Shown here: positions 1 to 12,614 of the stretch, in pieces
How the letters are laid out: the number at the start of each line of letters is the position of its first letter
Numbering within the stretch: the first letter of the stretch is position 1
Assembly: GCF_030028105.1 (NCBI RefSeq)
Contig: NC_092379.1
Coordinates: 27,955,821 to 28,019,820 of the forward strand
Length of the DNA: 64,000 nucleotides
Reading direction: 5' to 3'
Origin: Mobula birostris
Taxonomy: Eukaryota
Program-made: the position numbers and the translations under genes
The notes under the pieces: generated by a model
What the model was told of the DNA's origin: nothing
What the model saw: only the letters and a program-made list of their open reading frames with translations
The model's database searches: none

Positions 1-417
1 AATCCAGGGGTTTCAAAGATTCCGTGATTGATTTTAAATCTTCATTAAGGCTTTGACGTTGTTGTTCAAATTGATCGGATAATTTTCCAGATTTTTTTTT
101 GCCGTTGTTCCTCGAACTTTTCCTCCAGACACTTCATCATAACCTTACAAGATAGTTCCGTTTGTTTGGAATCAACTTTCTTTTTTCCTCCGTTCCCGTC
201 AGAGTCTTTCCCATTTTTGGCTTTGGATCTTGTACTAATTTCTTTAAACTCCAGAGTTGCAATTTAAGAAAAAATCAGTAAATTCAGTAAATCAGTAAGA
301 TAGAATAAATCTTCAGGTGTGGATAAAATTAATTAGATCAAGGAAATCATAGGTTAAAAAATATAACGGGAATGGAGCGAAGCCAGAGACGACCTCACCC
401 CATGAGCTTTCCCTGCA
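1..417 (-). mobile_element. Probable L1-type LINE 5' end (5'UTR plus start of ORF1), running off the left edge
   Basis: Minus strand reads a frameshifted, charged, coiled-coil-like peptide (..STRSKAKNGKDSDGNG..VMMKCLEEKFEEQRQKKSGKLSDQFEQQRQSLNEDLKSITESLKPLD). Cassette homology (to ~9750 and ~25140) only resumes at ~418, so 1-417 is an insertion. L1 assignment is by resemblance only. Confidence 0.45.
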
Positions 418-850
418 GAATGTACGTCTTGAATTTTGAGCACCGATTTCATAATATGAACAGAGTGATGCAACGAGAGTATTTTCTTCTGAAAGATCAT
501 TTTGAAATCTTTAGTAATGTACCAGATAATACCAGATGCGCGATATTATTCGGAAGGAGTGAGATACTCCGGAGGGTACAGGTGTTTGAACAATAAAGCT
601 CGCCTGACTGCAAGTGTGATTAACTGTTCCTACACAGTCTCACTGTCCAATAGTAGTTCAGTCAATGTTAAATTGTCATCATTAGACGCAGTATCTACTG
701 AATTGTTTTCAACGCCATTACTTATTTATTTGTTTGTTTGCTTGGATACTTAACCTTTTCTCTTTAGCTACAGAACTATCTATCTGTTCGTCTGTGACAT
801 AATTTGGTTACTTATTACTAAAAATTATATTTATTTACTTAGCATTAGGT

Positions 851-1145
851 TTGGTGGTCAAGCGATTAAGGCGTTCGTCTAGTGAATTGAAGGTCGCTGG
901 TCGAGCCTTGGCTGATGCAGCGTGTTGTGTCCTTGAGCAGGGCACTTAACCACACATTGCTCTGCGACGACACCAGTGCCAAGCTGTATGGGTCCTAATG
1001 CCCTTCCCTTGGACAACATCGGTGTTGTGGAGAGGGGAGACTTGCAGCATGGGCGACTGCCAGTCTTCCATACAACCTTGCCCAGGCCTGCGCCCTGGAA
1101 TCCTACCAAGGGGCAAATCCATGGCCGCACGAGACTAACGGATGG
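851..1145 (+). mobile_element. tRNA-derived SINE with CORE-like middle (copy 1)
   Basis: A-box-like GGTGGTCAAGCGATTAAGGCG, degenerate B box, GTGTCCTTGAGCAGGGCACTTAACC segment, 3' end GAGACTAACGGATG. Related copies at 10126, 24684, 25524. Confidence 0.75.
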
Positions 1146-3185
1146 TTATATATAGATATAGATATTTAACTATTGATGTCACTTATGCAGTTATTGAGTT
1201 GCTTATTAATAATTATGTGATAATTATTTACGTATGTATTATTTTTTCAAACGTCTAGGTACCTTTGATTATAAAACCATAAAATGTAGGCCACAATTTA
1301 TAATTCATACACACTCCCTTTTGGACGTCTGGAAAAAGGAAAACAAAACGAATCAGCTTCTACTTTGTAGATGAAAGCCACATGATTGCCTTAACAGTTT
1401 AATCAGAATTAACTTGAAGGCATTTTCCAGCTGATCGATACATTTTGCAATTAAAAAAAAACAACTTAAAAAGTGCAGAGTAAAAAAAAAAATAAAAGTA
1501 AATGAAATAATTCATTCTAAACCGAGGAAAAATAAGCACTTCCTGATTGAGTTGAATTCGGTATGAGATATCTTATTTCATGTGTAACGCTGCCATTTAC
1601 TGATACAAACTTTCTTTTTTCTGCTTGTTCTTGGTCATCGCTAAAAACAGATGAAGGAAGACTGGCAGTCTTTAACTTCATCCAAATATTAATCATGTTT
1701 TCCTGATTTTGTGATTTCCTGAGATAGAATGCTTTGTAAAAACAGAACATTAAATAGTCGCAACGCACACATTGTTTCCCTCATAAGCTCTTTATTTTTC
1801 ATTTTCGAGATCTGTCTGAGTATATCCCCTGCCTGAGAGGACATCTGACACCCATGTCGTAATATTGCGCCAACATCGTCCTTCGGTACAAGAGGGAAAA
1901 CAACAAATATTACTAAGAAAACATTCTTAAAAATCCTGCCAATATTATTTTAAGTTCGGTATATTACCTAATCCTCCGTTTTCCTGCAGGGCTCTTTAAC
2001 ATTTTATTTTAATACTCGGGACTCCGTTGCAGTCTGGTCACTCAGTCCGCATACTATATTGGTTCGTCACAGATTGGAACCGATTGGACGAATAGCATGA
2101 ACTCTTCTTCGCACTGCACAGATGCTGTCTTATTTTGTGGATGTTTGTTTTACGTTCCTTTTCGTTTGTGAAATTGAGGACCCGGTATGTTGTTTTTGCC
2201 TCAGGTTTACATTAGCTTGTACAGCGCTACGATCTTTGTACGTGTTGTATTAAACGTGACCATGCAGTGCCCTGGTACGTGATACTATTTACTGATGTAC
2301 AAACTCTTCCACATTACAGCAACAACTGAAATTGGCTCTTGTGTCTTGCACAAAGTGTCAGCCGACCACTTTGTCATAAGTCGGCTGACAAAGTCCATGA
2401 CATTTTCTGAGCATTTAATAGCGTTAACAAATTTCACATAGGAAGCTGCAGAAGTAACGAAAGGACGTAGTCATAAAACCGCTTCATACTATACCAGGTG
2501 TCGGTGCATTAGACTGAGTTATTGAACAAATTACTCTTATTCCCACGATATAAATTGCGATATGTGTAACGTGAAAATAAAGTAACCTGCAACATCACAT
2601 ATTACAATGAATATATAAGCTAGTGGTAATTACTCTCAGATATATCATATCGTCACCTTATATGACCTAATTCCCTAATATTACATAATCTCTTTTATGT
2701 TAAAACCCAGTGGACTGGTTCCAATAACGTTCAGAGAGTGTGTTCCCAGCTTAGCTCTCCATGTGCGTTTCACACTGTTTGCAGTAGTTTGCAATGCATA
2801 AATATACGCAGTAGTTGTGAGAAGATTCATCCCTTTTCGCTCAATTTCATCTCCGTGCGGAATTACTACGCGACGTCGATCAGATGCCTCAGAAGACAGG
2901 TACCCAACAAACTCATTTAAATTAGGCTGGAAAATTGCCGATTACTCTCAACATTCTGGGAAAAGAGATATTGTTATATATTCACATATATATTTACGGA
3001 AATCCATCGATCCATACATCCATCAGCTTGATCATCGGGAGTTTTCAGACCAGGTTTACGAGAGAAAAGTGCTTCATCAAATGCGAGAGTTTTAATTGTC
3101 TGTAGTCAATGAAGGTAAATTACTTACTCTCATTTCAGATGGCAATTATAAAAGACGGAATAGAGAACGATTAAATTATAATTTG

Positions 3186-3199
3186 ATGCCACCTGGTGG
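3186..3199 (-). promoter_or_regulatory. Reverse-oriented CTCF-like motif upstream of V1
   Basis: Minus strand CCACCAGGTGGCAT, near-perfect match to CCASYAGRKGGCRS; ~650 bp upstream of the leader ATG. Confidence 0.7.
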
Positions 3200-3613
3200 A
3201 ATATAGCTTATTTGTTCCTGCCGATGTTACGTGAAACTAAGTGCCACCTTCACATCATAACAGCCCATGCACAATCAATCACCAATTCCATCCGCGAAAT
3301 TAATTATTAATTTATTCAGAGGAGAGTTACATTCATAGGCTGCAGGTGAACACGTCAAAATATCGTGAGCCGTGCTGCTTGCTAATTTCTGCTTTTAAGA
3401 ACCATTCTGACGTCTCCACGTTCTCCCAAAAATCCACGTCATAGAAGAGTAAAGATTGCTTTTTCATCCTTGGCTGCCTCCAGGCTTCGGTACCGTCCGA
3501 TCTATTCTGCTCGCAGCCTCTGCCTCGACGAGGAGTCGCAATTTGTTGACAGTCTTCTCAACAAGAATTGCTGGCTGCCCCGCATTCTTCGCCTTTGAGC
3601 GGCGCTGCACTGT

Positions 3614-3621
3614 TGACGTCA
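3614..3621 (+). promoter_or_regulatory. CRE-like octamer in V1 promoter
   Basis: Perfect TGACGTCA ~230 bp upstream of ATG. CRE-like elements are established features of TCR V promoters. Confidence 0.5.
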
Positions 3622-3840
3622 GCTCACAAAGTATTTGATATGTTTGTTCTGCGCTTCTGCAATCGCCTCCGCACAATTTGATTTCCTGCATTGCGTCTGA
3701 ACGCCACTTTTTTATTGTGTTTTAGAGACTCAACACACTACGTGGCCTGTTGTTATTGGTCGCTTTGGCCAAGGTATGTGTTTTTATTCTCTGGCAATGA
3801 GTCTCCACTCTGTGGTCACAAGAGTTCAGACTCAAACAGA

Positions 3841-4323
3841 ATGAATATGAAGAACTGTCTCACTCTGCTACTCATTACTGCGTTTCTTCTAGGTAAGATG
3901 TTCCTTCACTGTAATATTCCACAGATGCCTAATTCCCTGCAAATACATTTTATTTTTTTTTATTTATGTAACCGTATTGTTCAAAGTAGAGCTTATGATC
4001 TATGATTTATTTTACTGTAGACTGGAGCCTTCAAGACTCAGTAGAACAGTCAGTGGATGCAACGACGATCGAAGAAGAAAGTAATGTTACACTAAACTGC
4101 ACTTTACAAGCAAGTACTACAAACCCGACTGGTTTCTGGTACAGGCAGCGCCCGAGACAGCGACCACAGTACTTGTTTCGGATCACCGCAGGGACAGTCG
4201 AACGAAATAAAGATATAACCGACCGATTATCTGTTTCCTATAATAAGAGTAAAACATATACCGAACTCACGATTAAAAACGCCAAAATCTCTGATTCGGC
4301 CACGTACCTCTGCGCGGTGAGCA
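3841..4323 (+). CDS. TRAV: TCR alpha-type V segment V1, intact (leader 3841/3847-3892, intron 3893-4020, V exon 4021-4323)
   Basis: Leader (MN)MKNCLTLLLITAFLL-G with phase-1 GTAAG donor and TTTACTGTAG acceptor. V exon DWSLQDSVEQ..VTLNC..FWYRQRP..QYLFRI..DSATYLCAVS keeps both Ig-fold Cys and the Trp; canonical 23-RSS follows. Confidence 0.9.
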
Positions 4324-4362
4324 CACAGTGTTGTAAAAACTCAGCTATCTCGAACAAAAACC
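4324..4362 (+). other. 23-RSS of V1
   Basis: CACAGTG + 23 nt + ACAAAAACC (both consensus). Confidence 0.97.
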
Positions 4363-4386
4363 CACTTTCACAATTTCCTGGAGATA

Positions 4387-4400
4387 TCGCTAGAGGGCGA
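4387..4400 (+). promoter_or_regulatory. Forward RSS-proximal CTCF-like motif (V1)
   Basis: TCGCTAGAGGGCGA, 24 bp after the nonamer; CACAATTTCC U-motif-like segment starts 18 nt upstream. Confidence 0.65.
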
Positions 4401-5163
4401 ACAAACCAAGGGGAACACAAATTCCTCTTTAACCATGCGAGCAATTGCTTTCTCATAGTTATTGTTTCGGAATGTTTCTGTTCAGTATGGCTCAAATGAG
4501 AAAAAAAAAACACTCAGGATATTTCTGATGCTACACATTGTATGATAACTCAAGATCGCTTGCATTCTAGCCGATGATGAAGGGCACCCAGTACAGCCCG
4601 AAGATCATACCTTGTATGCCACAGTTGCAAAATCAGAGCACTCCTTTTTGATCTCTGTGGCTTTTGAGTCATTTAACAAAATCTGTGGAAAACGTCCTGT
4701 GGACGGTGCGAAATCATATCCTGTTGAACGAACACAGGAAAAGAGAAGTCGATCTGGTTTTATTTGTTTATTTCTGAGTCTGTACCTTAGAAAATAGGTG
4801 CGTGACTAATTCATGCAAATTAGGCAGGAATTACGCTTATTAATCTCAGCATTGTGCGAAAGGAGATATTGTTTATTTGTCATCCTGACATATATATCTA
4901 CGTATATCTATCGATTCTTAATGTACATCAGTTTGATGTTGAACAACTTGATCGCTGGGAATTTTCAACCCAGGTGCATCAGAAAAAAGAGCACATCATA
5001 AACTGCGAGAAATTTGTCCGTCATCAGTTAGAGATAAATTCCTTATTTTTACTTCATATGACAATTATACAAGAGAGAAACGTTAGGAAAACCAAAAAGG
5101 CCAGGAAACTTCTGCGAAAATCGAAGAATGAGCAGTCCCAGTATTGGAATTAATTATGCTTTG

Positions 5164-5177
5164 CTGCCATCTACTGG
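5164..5177 (-). promoter_or_regulatory. Reverse CTCF-like motif upstream of V2
   Basis: Minus strand CCAGTAGATGGCAG (full consensus), ~630 bp upstream of ATG 5808. Confidence 0.72.
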
Positions 5178-5807
5178 AATATATCATCTTGATTTTTTGC
5201 GATGCTGCATGAATCTCAGGAACTGCTTCACGTCTAAACAGCCTATAAACAAGTAATCACAACTTTCATCAGCCGAATTAATTGGTAAGCTATTCAGCGA
5301 AAAGCTACTTGTACAGACTGCGTATGGACAGGTCAAAATACCGTGCACAGTACTGCTTGCTCATTTCTGCCATTCAGATCAACTCTGGAGTCGCTACCTT
5401 CTGCCAGAAATCCACGCCAGAGAAAAGTAAAGACTGTTGTTGCATCTTATGCTCCTACGCTTCGCTACCTGACCATTTATTATGCTCGCATCCTTTGCCT
5501 CGATGAGCAAGTGCAATTTATTGACAGTCTTCTCCAAAAATTTTGACGTCTGACCTGCGTCACTTCACCTTTGAGTGGCGCTGCGCTATTAATGACATGT
5601 CACAAAAGATTTGCTTCCTTTGTTCTGCTCTTGAGCGATCACCTCTGCAAATTTTCATTTCCTGCATTGTGTGTGAACGCCTTTTTTTCTATTGTGTCTT
5701 TGGAGAGCGTTGTCTATTGTGATTGGTCAGTTTGGCCAAGGTATGTATATTTCTTCTCTGGCAATGAGTCTGCACTCTGTGGTCACGGAATGACAGACTC
5801 AAACGGA

Positions 5808-6289
5808 ATGATTACGAAGAACTGTCTGACGCCGGTCCTCAGTATTGTGTTTCTGCTAGGTAAGAAGTCCCTTCACTGTAATATTCCAGACCTCTCTGTA
5901 ACTTTCTGTAACGATGTTTTTTTTCTCATTGTAAGTAACCATGTTGTTAGAAGTTGAGATTATGATCTATTAATTATCTTTCTGATAGACTGGAACCTTC
6001 GAGACTCAGTGGAACAGTCATTGGATGCAATAACGAGCGATGAAGAAAGTAATATTACTCTAAACTGTACGTTTTAAACAAGCAATGTACTCCCAAGTGT
6101 GTTTGGAGCGCACCAGAAAAAGACCACAGGATTTGATTTGGATTAACGCAGGGAAAATATACCGCAATGGAAAAGTAACTGAAAGATTATTTGCTTCCTA
6201 AGATAACAAATCAAAAACAATATATACCGAACTATCGATTCACAGCACTATAATCTCGGACTCGGCCACGTACCTCTGACCGATGAGCC
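5808..6289 (+). pseudogene. TRAV: TRAV pseudogene V2 (paralog of intact V7)
   Basis: Leader 5808-5859 intact; V exon from 5989 has TAA at 6075-6077, a ~7-8 bp deletion in the WYRQ codons, and the second Cys codon changed to TGA (TACCTCTGA). Confidence 0.9.
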
Positions 6290-6328
6290 CACGGTGCTTA
6301 CAAATCTGAATTATCTCGAACAAAAATC
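6290..6328 (+). other. 23-RSS of V2
   Basis: CACGGTG + 23 nt + ACAAAAATC. Confidence 0.9.
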
Positions 6329-6352
6329 CTTTTTCGCAGTTTCCCCGTGAGT

Positions 6353-6366
6353 TCGATAGAGGGCGA
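6353..6366 (+). promoter_or_regulatory. Forward RSS-proximal CTCF-like motif (V2)
   Basis: TCGATAGAGGGCGA, 24 bp after the nonamer, preceded by CGCAGTTTCC. Confidence 0.62.
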
Positions 6367-7029
6367 ACAATTCAAACCTAACGTAAATACTAAGTTAAGA
6401 CCAGAGGCTTCGTCCAATATTTCAAACCCAGTGAAGTACTGACATGGCAATTACAGTGGATGTTTTTACTCTTGAATGGCTGTAACTGTGATCGAAACCA
6501 CTTAATCTTGAATGATTCCTCTGTGTTACCTAATTTCTCTCGATATTCCGAATTCGCATCTGAAGCTTCCACCATCATCAGTACCGAATCATTAATCCTT
6601 TTAAGGGTTATGTTAACAGAGAAAGTGACTATGTTTTGGTACAAAAATGGCACATGTAGCAAGTAACATACTGCAAAACGCTGAAGAAGGTTTCAAGTGT
6701 TTTTTTTTGATTTCAGTCAAAGATTTAATCACACTTTGGTGTGATTGTTCTGCTCTATGCCGTTGACTTTAATTAACACACAAGAGGCTTACGTATTTTT
6801 AACGCCAGCGTCAGATTGTTTCCGACATAAGCAAATGCTGGCTGTAATTGATTCGCCGTTTTCTTTTTCAAAGCTGCTTCTAGCGGTTATTCCAGATCAC
6901 AATCTATTGTGTTTACCAGAAGTTTTTATATCGTTTCCATTCAAATAAGATAAAAGTGGCAATATATTTGGATTGACCACAACACCAAAATTTTTCCCTT
7001 TCAGGGAACTTCTGTAGACCCTCACCGCG

Positions 7030-7525
7030 AGTTACACGCTGACTACGGTTCTTTGCGGGAATGGGACCGCTCTCGGGGTGTCACGACAAGCCGTTATTCG
7101 ACATGTAGCTCGCCTTCGCACTTTTGGGATTTCAATTCTCTAGAGGCGAGCAACGACTAAGTTGGTGCCTCTGTGCCGTAGGAGATGAAAGAACTCTGGT
7201 TGTGTGCAAAGAAAACCGAGATCTTTGGGCACAGAGCTCGGAGAATCTGCCGGAAAGAACGTTTAATATCGTAAATCAGCGAGTTGTTTGTTATGTCTCT
7301 CCTCTCGCTGGGCACAGCAGACAGCGGAGAGGGGGGATCGCTGTGCTGCTCCTTTTACGCGTGGGACAGGGGACCTGGGTGGGGATTTTGGGTTCTACCA
7401 TTCAATGGACAATCATTCGTTGGGACATTGCTCTGCTTTCCTGTATTCTTGCGAAAAAAAAATAATAATTTCAGCATGTATAATATATACATTTATCTGA
7501 TATTAAATATACCTTTGAAACATTT
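7030..7525 (+). mobile_element. Possible LINE 3' UTR remnant
   Basis: GC-richer block ending in AATTTCAGCATGTATAATATATACATTTATCTGATATTAAATATACCTTTGAAACATTTGAAA, resembling LINE tails; its 3' part recurs at ~56475-56620. Family not established. Confidence 0.35.
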
Positions 7526-8559
7526 GAAAATTAATTCCGAGCAGCGTTAACTCCATGCGTCTTAATTGAGTGGATATTTTTAGTAGTATTTACAACGCTT
7601 ACAGTAAGAGCCTGTAAGCAACTTAATATTCACGTGTTAGCCTGTAGTAAATCTGTCAAATGTACTGAATATTTTGAATGGAATCATAGCGCTTATTAAT
7701 TCAAATCGCCTTACTGGATATGCACGATCATTGTTATTAATATCTCAGTTGAACGTAAAGTGTAATTTCACATTTTATGGCTAGTCATCTCATATGTCCT
7801 AAAATCGCCCCTTCTGCATTGTATCCTTCAATTGACAATTATACCCTATCATCACAAGACACTGCACTGGTCATTTCGATGAATTCGGCTACACATCTTC
7901 GCCTCGCAGATTGCCCTGCTGCCTTTACGTTGAATTTGCCTGTATATTGCGACATGAATAATAAAAACCTTCAATCCTAAATCAAGCACTTTGTGCTGGG
8001 AAGCTCTATTTTTGTGCTTTGGGTAAATAAGCAGTATGTGGTGTTGAGTTTATCATCCCAATCCAAGAAATAAAATTAAAGACGCAGCCTTTCCACATTG
8101 TTTTAACCAAATGCTGGACAATATTTTTTTCAGATCCCATGTCTGCAGTGTTTACCTCACTGAACAAGCAGATTTTATCACCGTCATCAATCCGACAGAG
8201 GCCTCTTCCTCCAGTCCAATCATTACTAAAATGGGTTGTCTCCCGCCTTTACATAAGGACACCACACTGCTCATGTTTGACCGTATAGCCGTTGTGCTCA
8301 TACCTCAAGTGTGCTGCACCTCGTTTAAACATTGTTATTAATATCAAGGGTGTCCATATGCAATTATTCCATGCAGCAGGACCCAGGTAGTGAAAGGGAG
8401 CATGCATTTTTTTTTTGCATTTCCCTCTCAAATAGTTTTACTCCGACTGCAAAATTCGAAGTTAAAGGAAAGACCATGAAGTAGCGATATCCGATGAACA
8501 AGAAATATTCTGGTAAACTCGCCAAGAACTTAACAACAAGCACCATACACTATACATCA

Positions 8560-9230
8560 CACACCGTCCAAGTACATATCCGATTCAGGAGGGAATGGGG
8601 TTTGGTATAATCGTTTCTACTGTTGGTTCTTCAGTCTCCACATATCGCTGACGAGCCCTCTTGCTATGTTTATGGTCCAGGCCAGGTACTGGGTCAACAA
8701 GCACCTCTTGTCTCAGAAGCAGAAGGTAGTTTCGATAGAGAATATTGACTGGCCCATCCCTATCCTCAGGTTTCGCCTGGAAAACTGGTACGTTTGGCAC
8801 CTTACTCTGCACTACACAGGTCGCAGCCGTCAAGCGGTCAGACAAATTATACTTTCCAGGCAGCCCCGATTTCTTTATGCGGTGTCAGGCTACAGGCTTG
8901 AGTTGGGAGAGCCTCACCTTTTGGTCATAGCTCCTCCCATTTCCTTGATTATGCTTGGTGCTGCGATTTCAGCTAACCCCTAAGCATTTTACAGCTCCCT
9001 TCTTATATGAGGCACATACTTCTGCTCTCTTCAGCTGTAAATGAAAATAAAATACTTTTCCTGTAACACTTTGAGCACAGCGGACGCCCGAATATCCTTG
9101 CATATCGGGTGTAGTCATCCGTAACGACCAAGTCATTCGCAATGTGTACGCTAGGATTAAATAAAGATATTGCCGGACTGCGTACCTCGAGGTGCGGAAA
9201 GGGGAAATTCCTCACTGATCTCAAGAAATA
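8560..9230 (-). mobile_element. Gypsy LTR-retrotransposon integrase remnant
   Basis: Minus strand IANDLVVTDDYTRYA (integrase core) and RLTAATCVVQSKVPNVPVFQAKPEDRDGPVNILYRNYLL (GPY/F-like tail); homologous to 57640-59680. Confidence 0.8.
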
Positions 9231-10125
9231 AATAAGAAATCAAATAAACAAAGAAACACATAAGTAAATAAATAATAATCGGCATGCTCCGTAAATCAAT
9301 ATGTTCGGTGTGAAGTCGAGATGAATTTGGATTTTTAAAGAATTTATCCAACGCTTATAGATGACAGGTAAATTAAATTAAATGTCTGCGCTCTTTGGAT
9401 TTTTGCAGAACCGATGAAACCGTTTACAATGCATGCCACCATCTCCTTCAGAACTGCATCTATAAATTACTCGCTTTCGTGTGAAAGATGAAATTGAAAT
9501 TCACTGTAACGATAAATCGGTTTATGCTCCCTTTATTTGCCATATTTGAATTCATTTCTCACTGTGCTTACAGTGAAGTTGCAGGAGGGAAAGTTTGTTC
9601 TGAAGCAGAACTACCTTAGTAGCGAAATTTTGTGTTACACTCGCGACACTCTAAGTCAAGACATCATAACTCTGCTAACAGCAGGAAAATCAAAGTTTGC
9701 GATAGGCTTTCAATTTCAAATATCCTTTTTGTTTGAAAATTCTGTACTTTTGCACGTCTTGAATTTTGATCACCGATTTCATAATATGGATGCAATGAGG
9801 GCATTTTCTTCTGAAAGATCATTTTGAAAATTGTAGTAATGGACCACAAAATACCAGTTTCACGATATTATTCGGAGGACGTGTGATGCTCCAGATGGTA
9901 CAATTGTTTGAACAGTAAAACTCGCCTGACTGGAAGTGTGAGTAACTGTTTCTACATAGTTTCACCCTCCAACAGTCGTTCAGTCAATTTTAAATTGTCA
10001 TCATTGGATGCAGTACCTACTGAATTGTTTTACATGCGATTCTACAGAACTACATATCTGTTCGTCTGTGGCAGAATTTGGTTATTTTCTTTTTAATGCT
10101 ATTTATTTAGTTACCATTAATTTAT

Positions 10126-10447
10126 GTGGCCAAGTGGTTAAGGCGTACGTCAAGTGGTCTGAAGGTCGCTAGTCAGCCCTGGCTGAGGCAGCATGCTGTG
10201 TCCTTGAGTAAGGCACTGAACCACACATTGCTCTGTGATGACATCGCTGTCAAGCTGTATGGGTCCTAATGTCCTGCCCTTGGACAACACTGGTGTCTTA
10301 ATGCCGTTCCCGTGGACAACATAGGCGGTGTGGAGACTGGAGACTTGCAGCATGGGCAACTGCCAGTCTTCGATAAAAGCTTGCCCAGGCCTGCGACCTG
10401 GAAATCTACCAAGGTGCAAATCCATGGTCTCACCAGTCTAACGGATG
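10126..10447 (+). mobile_element. tRNA-derived SINE (cassette-2 copy, with ~30-bp internal duplication)
   Basis: Orthologous position to 851-1145; the TAATG..CCCTTGGACAAC unit occurs twice. Confidence 0.78.
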
Positions 10448-12021
10448 ACTATATATAGATAGAGGTATTTACATATTTATGTTACTTATTCTGTAAGTGA
10501 GTTGTTTATTAATTTAATTTGTAATAAATATTTACATATGCATTATTTATTGAAACGTCTAGGTACCTTTGATTATAAAACCATAAAATGTAGGCCACAA
10601 TTTATAATTCTAAACGCTCCCTTCTGGACGCCTAGGAAAAAAAAACAACTACAAGAAGTTCTACTTTGTAGATCGAAGCTGCATGATTGCCATAACAATT
10701 TAATCAGAATTAACTTGAAGACATTTTCCAGCTGATCAATAAATTTTGCAATAAAAAAGAAACAACAACATAGAAAGAGCAGAGGAAGAAATGTAAATGT
10801 AAGTGAAATAATTCATTCTAAACCGAGGAAAAATAATCACTTCCGGATTGAATTGAATTCGATATGAGATTTCTTATTTCATTTGTAACTGTGCCATTTA
10901 CTGATACAGACTTCCCACCCACCCCCACCCCTGCTTGTTCTTTGTCATCGTTAAAAACAGATGAAGGAAGACTGGCAGTCTTTAACCAAATATTAATCAC
11001 GTTTTCCTGATTTTGTGGGCTCTTGAGATAGAATGCTTCGTTAAAACAGAAAATTAAACAGTCGCAAGGCACACAGGCATTTTCTTCATAAGTTTTTTTT
11101 ATTTCTCATTTTCTAGATCTGTCTGAGCATATTCCCTGCCTGAGAGGACATATAACACCCGTGTAGTAAAATTTGGGCCAACATTATCCTTCGTTATAGG
11201 AGAGAAAACAACAAATATTACTAACAAAACATTCTTACAAGGCCTTCTAATACTAGATTAAGTTCGGTATATTTGCTAATCCTGTGTTTATTCTGCAGGG
11301 ATCTTTAAAAATTATTTTTAATACCGGGACTCTGTTGCACTCTGGTTACTCACTCTGCATATTACACTGGTTCGTCAGATATTGCAACAGATTATCAGGT
11401 ATATGAAGAATAGCATGAAGTCTTCTTCGCACTGCACAGATGCTGTCTTATCTTGTGGATGTTTGTTTCGCGTTCTCTTTCATTTGTGAAATTGCGCACC
11501 CGGTATGTTGTTTTTGCCACAGGTTTACAATAGCGAGTACAGCGCTACCATCTTTTTACGTGTTGTATTAACCGTGACCATGCAGTGCCCTGGAACGTGA
11601 TCCTATTTACTGATTAACAAACTCTTTCCATATTACAGCAAAAACTGAAATTGGCTCTTGCGTCCGCTTTCACAGTGGTGTCTGATAAAGTCCATGACAT
11701 TTACTGAGCATTTAATGCTGTTCACAAATTTCACATAGGCAGCTGCAGAGGTAACGAAAGGACGTAGACATAAAACCGCTGCATACTATACCAGGTACCA
11801 ATGCATTAGACTGAGTTTCTGAACAAATTATTCTTATTCCCACGATAGGAAGTGCAATATGGGGAATGTGAAACTAAAGTAACCTGCAACATCACATATT
11901 ACAATGAATAAATAAGCTAGTGGCAATCACTCTCAGATATATCATATCGTCACCTAATATGACCTAATTTCCTTATATTACATATGGTCATTTGTGTTAA
12001 AACCCAGTGGAATGGTTCCAA

Positions 12022-12124
12022 ACAACAAACAACAGGGATTCTGCAGATTCTGGAAATTCAAACAACACACATAAAAGTTGCTGGTGAAGCAGCAGGCCAG
12101 GCAGCATCTGCAGGAAGAGGTGTA
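12022..12124 (-). mobile_element. 103-bp Penelope-like 3' terminal fragment with 13-bp TSD
   Basis: Aligns to ~26068-26167 of the large PLE; flanked by GGAATGGTTCCAA at 12009-12021 and 12125-12137; empty sites at ~2710 and ~30120. Confidence 0.88.
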
Positions 12125-12600
12125 GGAATGGTTCCAATAACGTTCAGAAGCTGTGTTCCCAGCTTAGCTCTCCATGTTCGTTTCATACTGTATGCAGTAG
12201 TTTGGAATGCATAAATGTATGCAGTAGTTGTGAGAAGATTCATCTCTGTTCGCTGAATTTCATCTCCGTACGGAATTACTACGCGCCATTTATCAGATGC
12301 CTCAGAAGATAGGTTCGCAACAAACTCATTTAAATTAGGCTGGATATTTGCTGATTAATCTCTACATTCTGGGAAAGGAGACATTGTTTTAGATTCTGTT
12401 ATATATATTTAGGTAAATGCATCGATCCTTTATATCCATCAGTTTGATCAACGGGGGTTTTCAGAGCAGGTTTACGAGAGAAAAGTGCTTTATCAAATAC
12501 GAGAGTTTTGTTTGTCTGTAGTCAGTGAGGTAAATTGCTTATTTTCACTTCAGATGGCAATTATAAAAGACGGAATAGAGAACGAATAAATTAAGATCTG

Positions 12601-12614
12601 ATGCCACCTGGTGG
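12601..12614 (-). promoter_or_regulatory. Reverse CTCF-like motif upstream of V3
   Basis: Minus strand CCACCAGGTGGCAT, 646 bp upstream of ATG. Confidence 0.7.

Noticed and set aside
851-930. tRNA gene
   Set aside because: Only degenerate A/B boxes fused to a SINE body; no complete cloverleaf.
3590-3608. Third CTCF site in the conserved CCTTTGAG(C/T)GGCGCTGC promoter motif
   Set aside because: Lacks the central AG of the core; conserved, but the match is too weak to call without scoring.
4002-4499. 165-aa ORF (and similar ORFs at 13452, 31443, 55395) as standalone proteins
   Set aside because: They start in the intron or at GTG and read through the RSS (TQCCKNS.. is the heptamer and spacer); the real unit is leader plus V exon needing V-J recombination.
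11671-11677. Isolated CACAGTG heptamers (also 29783, 38098, 46944) as J or D RSSs
   Set aside because: No nonamer at 12 or 23 bp spacing and no FGxG J motif adjacent.
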